From contig NC_045696.1 of assembly GCF_009834535.1 (NCBI RefSeq), positions 70,310,001 through 70,374,000 on the forward strand: a stretch of DNA of 64,000 bases, read 5' to 3'. Shown here piece after piece: positions 24,320 to 35,029 of the stretch (position 1 is its first letter; each line of letters opens with the position of its first letter). Position numbers and translations under genes: made by a program. The notes under the pieces were generated by a model, which searched no databases, was not told the DNA's origin, and saw nothing but the letters and a program-made list of their open reading frames with translations. The DNA comes from Camelus ferus. Taxonomy: Eukaryota.

Positions 24320-25620
24320 CCACCTCCCGCTCAGCAAGGCGGGGCTGCAGCCCAGGCGAGACAGAGACCACTGGTGGTGGTGGTAACCACCGGGCCACGC
24401 AGATCTGGCTGCCTTCAGCAGAGCCGGGATGTGCGCCCCAGGGGCCGCGCTGGGAGCTGGAGGCAGCCCCGGGGTAACACGCGTGTGTGCACGTTTGCGC
24501 GCCCCGGGGCCTGCATGGCCAGACACTCTGGGGGGCGCGTATGCGGCCCTGTGGGCCGCGTATGGGGAGAGACTGTGCATGTGAGAAAAATCTCACTCGC
24601 AGATGCATAGGGACCAGCCCACTGGACGTCCGGGCGGGCGTTTCCTCAGTGTGCACAGCTCTCGTGTGGACATGTGTGTTGGAGGGGACTGTGTGTGGGA
24701 AGTGTGCGTGTAAGCTGGCGTGCACGTGAAAACCGAGCCGCCGAGGCGGATGTGTGTTCATAAGGGCCCTCCGTCGATCGGGGTCAGTCTCCGGGGACTG
24801 ACTGAGTGAGGGGGAGGACACCGACGACCGCGTTTCCCCGCCGGGCGCGTGTGAGGAGGCGGGGCCGGCGGAGGGACGCGTGGCGTCTGCTCGGGCCGGT
24901 GCGCGCGTGTGCGCGTGCGTGTGCTCGGGGAGCGGCGCGCGCCGCGGCGGAGGGAGGGAGGGAGGCGGTGGCAAGCGCAGCCTTCGGTCGCAGCGCCCGG
25001 GGCGGCTCCTCTTCGATCTTGGAACCGCCGCGCTCCTGCCGCCACCGCCTCCGCCACCGCCATCGCCACGCGCTGGCGTGACTCCCGTCCCGCGCCGCGC
25101 CCTCCCGCGTCCGCAGCCAGCTCGGCTTCCTGCCCGCCCAGACGTCGCTTGTCCCGAGCTCCCGGTTTCGGCTCCGCGGAGGGAGAGGAAATGAGTGCGG
25201 CCGCGGCGCCGGCGCCCGAGCGCGGTTGGAAGAGCGAGAAAGTGGACGAGGCTCAGGCCCTGGCGCGGAGTTGCGCCGCTCGGAGACCCGACTTCCAGCC
25301 GTGCGACGGGCTCTCCATCTGTGCCACGCACAGCCATGGCAAGTGCTTCAAGCTGCACTGGTGCTGTCACCTAGGATGGTGTCACTGTAAGTCGAGCCGC
25401 GTCTCCCTACCTTCCGCTACGGTCCCGGGGCGTCCGCGGGGCTCTCTGGGGTCGAGGCCGGGACTCTGCGGCCTGGGGGACTCCAGGCTGGGCCGGGGAT
25501 TCTCTGCCGCAGGCCGGGGCTGTCCTGGGCTCCGAGCGGCGGGAACTGCCCTCGCGCCGGACGACGGGCTGGCGCTGCCTTGGCAACGAGCTGAAATCCG
25601 TGGGGAGCCTAGCTTTAGCC
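24320..25620 (+). promoter_or_regulatory. CpG island / TATA-less promoter and 5'UTR of C3orf70
   Basis: Very high GC and CpG density against a CpG-depleted window. GC box gaggcggggccg at ~24856, NRF1-like tgcgcgtgcg at ~24910, GCC-rich tract 25038-25068, and no ATG between 24900 and 25190. Confidence 0.9.
25191..25386 (+). CDS. C3orf70: Coding exon 1 of UPF0524 protein C3orf70 ortholog (65 codons + 1 nt; gene continues beyond the window)
   Basis: MSAAAAPAPERGWKSEKVDEAQALARSCAARRPDFQPCDGLSICATHSHGKCFKLHWCCHLGWCH, recognised as the C3orf70 N-terminus. ATG has G at -3. Donor T|GTAAGT at 25387-25392 lies where similarity to the recalled protein (...HCKYMYQPM) breaks off. Confidence 0.93.
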
Positions 25621-26719
25621 ACTTCTACAAAAGGGGATCTACCGTCCCAGGAAAACTGGAATGTATCTTTTTTCTTTTTCAACCGAAACGACCAGGCAGT
25701 GTGTTGGGAAATGGTAGACAGCCGTCAGAGTTGACGACAACCGAGGGGAAGCCCTTTTTTCAGGGCTGGTGGTTAAAAGCTGCGCCTCTTTCTTTCTCAC
25801 TTGGTCTTTCTGAGCTGCTCTTTAAAAGAAAGAGCCCTTGGAAATCGAATTGTAGCCCATTTCTTGTATCCAGATTGAGAAAGCGCTGAAGTGTGAGGGA
25901 CTCCTTCCAAGAAGTTAATTTTAACAGTTTGGAAGGGTGAACTCCTTAAATACCCAGCTGCAGCATATAGAACCAATGTATGAGACTTTTAAAATTACAA
26001 AATAAAATGAGCGAAGGTAAGCTTAAATAATTTTAAACCAATTTATGGAACTAAATGGTCTAGACCTTTTCTCTATGTTTATCCTGCCTGTAATTTTTAA
26101 AAAATGGATATAACTTTAGCCATTTAATTAGAATTTCACGATTTGGTTAGTTCATGGTATTTGGCCTCCTCTATCTGATGAATTATTTCTTTTTAGAAAT
26201 ATATCCTAAAGTTAGTTTCCACATAACCTTATAATAGAGGGTTTTGGAGTGCTTATTTAGGACACAAATTCTCAAAGTGATCTTAAATTAAAATTATTTT
26301 TTCCTTGTTGGTTACAAAAAATGGCTCCCAACAAGACATGCAGTGCTTAACAGATCCCTATTTACATTAATTGAGCATAATAGGATATTTTAAATTGAAT
26401 TTATGACTTCAGGAATAGAGACTTCTTACATTTTCTTTACAAATACAAGGCGCATCGGACAGTATTGATTTTTTGCATTCTGTGTGCTGATGGATCAGTT
26501 TCTTTCTATATCTCATTATTCGTATTGCTTTCAAATCCATTCCCGATTATATGGCATTGCTTCAGTAGGGGACAGAGTACAAAGTTAGAAGGAACAACTA
26601 TGGGAAACCTGTGATACTGAAATACACAAGTAGGGTGAATTTGGTAAGAGTCCATTGCCTGGGGAAGTATAGAAAAAATTGTAGCATAGAAGTTGAGGAA
26701 CGATGATCCAGTTCAGTGC

Positions 26720-27960
26720 CTGTCTTATTTCAGCAGTCTCCCCTCTAAGTACACCATTACTGATGGGAACTTTGCAGTCTTCTCAGGCAGCTTCTTCCTT
26801 CATTAGACAGCTTTGACTCTTAAAATGCTCTTCCTTATATGGAGCTGAAATCAGTGACTTTAGAACTTCTTTCCACTGGTCCTATTTCTACCTTATGAAA
26901 TCATATAGAACGATCTAATCCTTTTTTAGATCGTGGCTGTTTTAACTCTTCACATATACAGTTGAATTTCTCACAGGCATAGATTATCTTCTTCCTGTAT
27001 TCTCAGGCACTGTCACAATGTCTGGCCTGAAGTAGGTTTGAAATTTATGTTCATTGAATGACTGAATGAAAGTAGCCATCATTTTTCTCTCAAGACATTG
27101 TTTTGTTCTATTTATAAATCTGTATTTCCTTCTGCCTTTCCTTTTATGGTATTCAGGCTCCTAAGCCTCCTGGTTCTTTTCTGAACACGTACCAATATGG
27201 TTTTGATCCTTTGAAGTTGGTGACCCCTAGGAGGGTGCATAATATCTGAGTTGTCTGATCTGTCTAGAGTTAAGGAGGACTGCTGTCTCCCATGATGATA
27301 TACAACTACTGCTGCAGCTAGCATCACATTAGTTTTTCTGATTTCCACATCATATTGAGCTTGTTGCTGACAGATTGAACTAAGCGTGCTGTCAACTAAA
27401 GCCATTAAGCCTCTTTTTTGTTTGTGTGTTTGTTTTACATATGTGGCATAGGTTACAGTGCTTGCCCATCTCACAGTTAAATATTTGGACATGGGGACTG
27501 ATTGATCCCTTAGATCTATTTTCCTATTTCCCTATTGATAAAATTGGAAACAGGAGAAGGCCACAGATCGAGTCCTAAACTGCTCTGCAGGTTGATAGCA
27601 ATTCATTAATGAGCATTTATTGTTATGGTCATTAAATATTTATTTCACCACCTAACTGTACTGTTATCCATCTTATGTTTATCTTATACATACAAGTATA
27701 GTAGAACCTGGTTGAATATTTTGTTGAAATTCTGCTAACATACTATTTTTACATCTTTTTGATGTGTGATCTATCTATAAACATACTCTCTTTAAAAAGA
27801 AAGAAAATAGATTAGTCTGGTATAACTCAGGTTGGTTCCACAAATGCTTACTGCTTTCTTTTCTAAGTGATTAGAAGCTGCTTTCAAATAAATAATCTGA
27901 ATGTAGAAAAGGATTGGCATTGAGTATACTGGATTGTTGTTGGCAGTTCTTTCTTTCATT
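26720..27960 (-). mobile_element. L3/CR1 LINE remnant
   Basis: Minus ORF 27112-27492 (LMALVDSTLS...QYDVEIRKTNVML...ILVRVQKRTRRLRSL) parallels the CR1 ORF2 C-terminus (LGVLVDxKLNMSQQC...KKANxILG...LERVQRRATRM). Confidence 0.75.
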
Positions 27961-28799
27961 CTTTTTTTTAAAATCAGACCTACATTTATTTTCTTTTTTC
28001 CAGTCTTTGGCAGCCCTCTGGTCTCCATGCTTCCTCAGCTGGCAGTGGTTCAGTGACCACATCCAAGTGGCGCTTCAGTTCACTTAGAGCAGCAAGGTGC
28101 TCTATTACAGCCTCTCACCTATACTGCACATCAATTCTTTTTACTTTTTTAAGCCCAAATATCATTTTTCTTGAACAGAGGCAGAGTTAACATATTTGAG
28201 AAATTCTACTTCTGGAGTATTCATGAACATGTCAGTCCTAAGTAGAATTCCTTTAATTTTGTTGAACATGTTTTGAGCACTTCTCTTTATGAGACATTAT
28301 TATGGAGATTAGGAATACAAATACGAATACAGCTGGGTCATGCCCCGTAAGCAGAGTGTAAGGGCGTAATTAATGCTGTATTTATTTTTGTATTCCTTTA
28401 AAATCACAAATGATATGGGTGAAAAAACTATCAGCTTGTTCACCAAATCAAAATGCTAAAATAGGAGGACTATCTTCAGATGCTTGAGAGAGGACATTCA
28501 GAACAAATAAAAGAAGTTCAACTTTATATGGTTGATGTTAAACTTGTGAAATTTATAACCTTATAAAGTAGTAAAGGCTGCAAATAGATACCTGTTCATA
28601 AAAGACATGTAATATATGTGTATATTGGCAGATGCAGTGCTTGATGTAAAGGAAATAATTAGTATATTTAGGTAATAACTGATTTTGAGGACTATGGGAG
28701 GAAAACTATATATGTTCTGTTGGTGTCTTTGTCAAAGATAGATTATTGGGCTGAATAAACTATGACCATGAATCTGTGACTTAATTTTTTTTCCTAATA

Positions 28800-30310
28800 A
28801 GGAGTGATATTGGGTTGAATTAATGAATAAAGGATTTCAGGAGGACTTTTGAGAGTAAAAAAGACATGGCTTGGCTAGGGAAGAGGAATGGGAAAGAATA
28901 AATTGTATGCAGATAGTGTAAAGTAGATTTTTTTGTGGCTGAAATAGGATATTTAGAAGGAGCAAGCAATTTGGTTGTTGAGATGTTAGGGAGGGATGAG
29001 CAGGAAAGGTGGGGAAGTTTCAGTCGATAGAGACTTTGACATTGTAGTGAAAACATGGGTAATAAGGAAATGAAATCAGCAAGGGAGATTATTTTGGTAT
29101 TAGTGTAAAAAATAGGTTGAAATTCATGCAGCAATATCCATATAATGGAAATTGGAATAGATTAGATTTGGAGGGGAGGAAGAGGAAGGTTATAAAGGAT
29201 AACTTGTAGAATTCTGCCTTATGAAGCCTGGGTGGATGGTGATGCCATTCTTTCACTAACAACAACAAAATACTGGAGAAGAACTAGGTTCGGTTGATCA
29301 TGGATGATGAATCCACAAAGACCATGAATCTAGTTTTGAATCTGTTGAGTATAAACTGCCTTGTCATTGCATGGTGATGTCAGTAGGCAGTTGGATATAG
29401 GGGATCTAGAACTTGGAGAAGGCTACATTAGGGACAATAAAGAAGTCATTTCTTACTTTTAGATTGCAGTTGTAGCCATGATAAAGCATGAGATTGCCAA
29501 GGGAGAAACTATAGTGTGAGAAATGGAGAAGACCATTAGGCTTTCCCTTTAGAATGCTAACATTTACAGTCTGGTTACAGGAGGATGAGCTGGCGGTAGA
29601 GTCTAAGAAGAAATGTACAGAGAAGAAAAATCTGGAAAGTATGGTATTGCAGAGGCCAAGGGAAATGAGTGTTTTAAGAAAGTATGAAGATGAAATCAGT
29701 ATTTAGCAGGTTGTTTCTTAGATATTGGTGAAATCTAGCAATAGTGATTTTCTTTATTACTGAAGAAGAGGGTGAAAGATTTAGTCCTGCAGTGACTTCA
29801 GGAATATACTTAATTGCAGCATTAGTCAAAGCTATTTGAGACAATGAATTCTTCAAGGTAGAAAGAGAAGAATAGAATGCCAGGAGCTGAGAATTAGGAC
29901 ACAGAGATAATAGTCAATATTTATTGAGTGATTACTTTGTGCCAGAGTAAGCTTATTATGCTATGCACTTAGTAGCCAATTACATCATTATGTCCATTCT
30001 GTAGTCAGGAAAAAGTCTTAAAGAAGTTGAGTAACTTTTCCGTGGGCACATGATTAGTAATGAGTAGAGCCTGGATTTGGATCCAGGTCTGTCCTGATTC
30101 TAGGACCTGGACTCTTAACCACCATAGGTACTATAGAGCTATTTAAAGTTAATGAGCAAAAATCGAGAGTTTTGTTTTTTTTGGACCTGGTAAAGCCAGT
30201 GATGGGGAAAATTTTTAAGAAATAGGTAGCCAATTGTTATCAATTGCCCTAGTGAAATGCAGAAGAATGGGGACTGTAAAGAGGTCGCGGGATGTATTCC
30301 AAGTTAAGAG
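28800..30310 (-). mobile_element. L2 remnant with an embedded MIR (~29905-30125)
   Basis: Purine-rich antisense L2 (gtaggcagttggatata; gtattgcagaggccaaggg). MIR gagtaacttttccgtgggcacatgattagtaa...gactcttaaccac. Confidence 0.7.
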
Positions 30311-31999
30311 TTATCAAAGAGAAAGTGATTAGAAATGTCAGAGGTGGTTGGGGGTGGAGAGTGTGCATTGTATGATGTAGGTAACACCAACAGAACTCAG
30401 CTTTATTGGCTTAATAAAATCATGTAATAGTTCAGTTTTCTGCAGAAGACATCTTAAAAGATGTCTCTTTCAGGTTAAAAGCAGGAAGAGTGGGACTTGA
30501 TGTAATCTAATAGATAATACTAACATATCTAAGGAAAGACTGTTACAGCAGAAGGTGGATGGGTGGCATGGAGTTAGAGAAAAACGGGAGTTGGAAAGGC
30601 AGAATATGGACGTGTTTTTTTCAGGACTGTTGAGAGAAGGTGGTATATTGCCTAGAGGCTTAAACGTCTGATCCCTGTGACTGGACTATCCCAGCAAATG
30701 TTTGGTTATGATTTGGCTTCCTATTTATAGATTTCCTATAGGGAAAGGAGTTGATTAGAGGATATAACTGTCAAGACCTATACTAGTTAGTGTATTTGCA
30801 TTGTGGTTTTTGCATTATTCTATTTGTTCTATTTTCCTGCTTCTACATAACCCCGAAAATCAAGTTCTGACTTCCCCCAGGGTAATGCCAGCTGGTTTTC
30901 CTAAGGGACACCTCAGTCATATCAATAGCAGTAGCCATAGAAAATACATTTAAGATATATGACAGTGAAAACTAGCAAAAACAGCAGTCGTAGTTTGGTT
31001 AGATGGAGGAGTCAGCTGAAGCTTTTTTGAAGCATGAGGGTTCTTACCGCGTCTGGTCGTTGAAGGAAGAGGATACAGGTGTTAAGAGTGCAAAGGTGAA
31101 ATCAAGTTCTGAGTGAGTTTCCTCACAGCTTTTCCAGAGGTAGAGAAAGCTGATAGGTGTTTTCCATCCAAGTGGTGCTTCAATCATGGACACACATCAA
31201 CTTCAGGGTAACAGATAACACACCTGTTGCTTATATGCAGGCACGGTTGTAGTCTTTCTGCATATGTTAGGTCATTCACACCTCACCACAACCTTGTGAG
31301 GTAGGTACTACTATTACCCTCATTTTTCATGTTAGGAAACTTGCCGGAGGTCACGCTTAGTAGCCCTGGCCACGTGTGATCCATATTCATCAGAATCTCA
31401 CCAACTTGGCTGGCAACCAGGGCTCTGGGTTTCTTGGTTCCGCTCAGGGTACAGTGAAGATGATTTTAGTTATTTTAAATTCTTTTTGGAACAAGGAGGA
31501 TTTAAATAAATAAGTAAAATGGGAATGCTTTCAGATTTTAAGGAAAGGGCAGTTATTTACAATATGAATTTTTTTGAGTGGTTGCAAACTCTGTAAAACT
31601 ATGCTTTTAAAAAACATTTAATAACATCTTTGTATAATACACAGCTTCAGTCATGTTGTATCCTCACCTGATCCCTAACTGATGCATTCCCTCTTTCAGT
31701 TAGTTTACATAGCATTATTTATTACTGGCTTCTGAGCCTGTTGAACTTAGGGTTTTGAACCAAACAGCTTTTGAGGGCCTTGCTATGATAATTTCCCACA
31801 TTACAACACCCTCACTTTATTTAAGTTTGTTCTCACACATTGTGGAATCTCATTAATTTACAAGAGAGAATATTTTCAGAGAAGTTAAGAGCTATTAATT
31901 ACAAACAAATACAGGAACATATGTTTAACAACTAAAAGTTGTCTAGTAGAAAATGTGTTTTCTTGAAAAATAAGGATTGGTTTGTACATCCAATGTGGA

Positions 32000-32385
32000 A
32001 GGCAGAGTGTAGTTGTAGGAAGGACAAGGGCTGTGGAGTCAGACCCACCTGGGCTGAGTCCTGGTTCTTCTGTTCACTGGCCGTGTGACTTTGGACAGGT
32101 TACTCAGGCTCTCTCAGCTTCAGTGTTCTCTTCTGAAAAATAGGAATAAAAATCCTACTTCACAGGATTGTTGGGAAGATTAAATGACATAAGCAAAGTA
32201 CTTATTGCAGGTGTTCAGCATCAAGCCCTCCTCAGAACAAACAGTGGAAGTACTGGGTAGTGTCGTCATCCCTGAGGGCAGGCTCTGGAATTGGACTTCG
32301 TGTTTGAATCCTGGCTCTGCCCACTACTAATGTGGTTTTGGGGAAGTTACTTAATTTCTGTCTTTCAGTTTCATCATTTTTAACT
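32000..32385 (+). mobile_element. Two adjacent MIR copies
   Basis: ggctgtggagtcagacc...gtgtgactttggacaggttactc; tttgaatcctggctctgcccactact...gggaagttacttaa. Confidence 0.75.
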
Positions 32386-33350
32386 GGCCCCATAGTGTGA
32401 TGATTGTCACAATCCCCAACTCCAACTGTTTCCCCTTCTGCGAATGTCCTGATTATTCTGGAATTCACTTTGTAACCATACTCATTTGTTCAATTAAATA
32501 CAACGAAGATGATAAAGATACTCATTTTTAGTATCATGACATTTAGAAATTGTTGAGTTTTTCAGTTGCCCTCATTGTCGAAGGGTCTGTTTTATAATAA
32601 TAACTTTGTGATGATTATCTACTTTTTGTCATGGAATCTTGTATTCTTCCCACTCCCCTACTGCATCCTATTTTCCACTATTATTAAGCAATGGATAGTT
32701 CTGGTTAATCAGATATACCAATTAATAGATAACTGTCATATTATGTCAAACATGGATTTCAGAGGATCAGGCTATTATAAAATTGTTAATGTGAAAGTGC
32801 ACATATTTAGCTTTAATTATCCAAAAGTCTTGTCATGATTCTGTAGTGATATTTAGATATCATTTGGAATACTGATTTTGCTTAGAAAAATGGAAACAGT
32901 GCTAGTTAGTAGGGAAGTCCTGGCTGCTGGAATGGCAGACAAAGTAGACTGAATTGTAGTTTTTGCAAATTACTTTTCTCAACTTCACAGGATTTTTGGT
33001 TTGTGTTTCTCCTGTTCTTATTGTTAGTTTGTTATTGAATATCCAGATATTTATCAATATTCTATAAGCCCGCTGCCCAGAATGTGCAATATCTAGAGCA
33101 CCAACAATGTATAATAGATCCCTCCGGCTGTGCCTGCACAATGCCCTGAAGCAGTCTGTTCAGGACAGAGTCTTTTCCCTCCCTGCTGCTTATTTGTCCA
33201 TTTAAAACTAGATTCTTGGTGTAATATAGAATGTGTTTCTTCCTCTGTATCTCATTTTAACAGACCTTTAGTGGAATAAAAACACTAAGAGTGTAATAAT
33301 TTGGTATAATTGTGGAATATTCTGTTAGGCTCATTTGCTTTATCTTTCTG

Positions 33351-33353
<3 letters not shown>

Positions 33354-33382
<29 letters not shown>
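33354..33382. repeat. (AC)14 microsatellite
   Basis: Read directly from the sequence. Confidence 0.95.
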
Positions 33383-33384
<2 letters not shown>

Positions 33385-33386
<2 letters not shown>

Positions 33387-35000
33387 CTTTTTTTCTAAAC
33401 CATTTAAAAATGCATGATGACATTTCACCCAAATATTTCAGCATACCTCTCGAGAATGAGGACATTTTCCTATATAACCGTAATACTAATCACGCCTAAG
33501 ATAATAGCACTTATTCAGCAGTGCCATATAATGTACAGTTTCCTTGATTGTCAAAAGACTTTTTGAGTTGACTTTTTTTTCAATTCAGGATCCAATCAAG
33601 ATTCACACATCACATGGATATTTTAATGTCACAGATGGTGGTGATAGTTTCACGGGTGTATACATATCTCCAAACTTACCACATTTAATACATTAAATCT
33701 GTACAGCTTTTTTCTTTGTTGATCATACCTCAGTGAAGTGGTTTAACAAGTGAAATAAATGAGTAGGAAAAAAGATTCATACATCACATTTCATTATTGT
33801 ATCAGTTTAGTCTCCTTTAATCATTCTAGAATAATCACACTTTTTTTAGATGATACTGAAATTTTTCAAGAGTCCGGCTTAACTGCCTCTGGCATCCCCC
33901 ATATTTTGAATTTGCCTAATTAGATTTAGGTTAAATATTTTTGTCTAGTTATTACCTAGGTGATATTATATCCTACTTATAGCCTCGTGATGAGGAGATA
34001 GGTCAGTTTGTTCCACTGGTGCTAGTGCTCAGGTGATACCTGCCAAGTCTGTCCATTATAAAAATATTGTTTCCCCTTTGTTATTTATCTTTTAAAATTA
34101 TTTTTATCACTTTTTAAGAATAATCTGTGGAGTGATATTATGACACTGAGTGAACATCCTATTCCCCAGCAAACTTTAACCCAATGATTTTAGTATTTAC
34201 TGAAGTTTCTTGTGTGAATCACTTATTCATTGGTAGTTGCAAAATGGTGATTTTCTGCCATTCCAACCATTTGGTGGCATTCTTATTAAAGATGGGTTTG
34301 TCTTGTCTATATCCTTATTTTTTAGGTGTTACCAGACAACTTGATTCTTTTTAATTTGTTAAAATCAAGTATCATTTTTTGGATGCCCAAATTATCTTTA
34401 ATTTGGCCAACGAGAGCCCCTTCAAACTGGCTCCTGTGACCTTTTGTTATGTCACTACCATTTTTTGAGCACTGCACTGCTTTTCTGAACAACAGGCTGT
34501 TCTAGGCTTACCTAGTAATTTCCTCACCCCAGAACAGGAATCAGTTATTTTCCCAAGTAGCCTAGGTTCCTTTTAGTGAAGAATGATATGGAAACCATTA
34601 TCTGGGCTTTTAGTGTGCTTATTTTTACTGGGATGTTACTGCATGTTACTTTCAGTGGACAGATCTAGGTTGTATGTGTATGTGTGTGTGTGTGTCTCCA
34701 TCTGTCCATCCGTGTCCGTCCGCGTGTCGTTCACCTTTCCCCATTCCATATTTGTACCTCCCTTCTCTGTGAGTCAAAGCCCTGGTTTCCAGTATATCAT
34801 AATATTTACTCATTTCTTCTATCCTCAGCTACACACAGGATAGTTTAGCAATTATTATATTAGTACCACTAACAAGAAGAAATTGATGGCTGAAGTTCAG
34901 GATTCTTTACTTGTTTTGATTTTTAGAATATATCCTGGCTTCTTGCATTACTTTTTTTTTCTGTGTGGGTATGTTGTCAGTTAGGTTCATTTATTTCTGA
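33385..35000 (-). mobile_element. Ancient L1MC-like 3' region with a nested sense L1 tail (33616-33771)
   Basis: The nested insert is flanked by an 18-bp TSD aagattcacacatcacat (33598-33615) / aagattcatacatcacat (33772-33789). Confidence 0.7.
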
Positions 35001-35029
35001 TTCGAATCAATTTCTGGTATATTTTTTCA

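Noticed and set aside
23262..24477. His/Thr-rich and Cys/Val-rich ORFs
   Set aside because: Translations of the CA/TG low-complexity tract.
24243..25370. 375-aa minus-strand ORF and other ORFs overlapping the CpG island
   Set aside because: Arg/Gly/Pro/Ala-rich translations are expected from stop-poor GC-rich DNA. There is no recognisable domain, and it is antisense to the real exon.
25387..25889. Continuation of the 326-aa ORF past the C3orf70 donor
   Set aside because: Read-through into intron 1. Similarity to C3orf70 ends at the GTAAGT donor.
28060..31182. 17/18 match catccaagtgg(c/t)gcttca at 28060 and 31165
   Set aside because: About one such match is expected by chance in 64 kb, the flanks do not extend, and it is only a partial CTCF resemblance.
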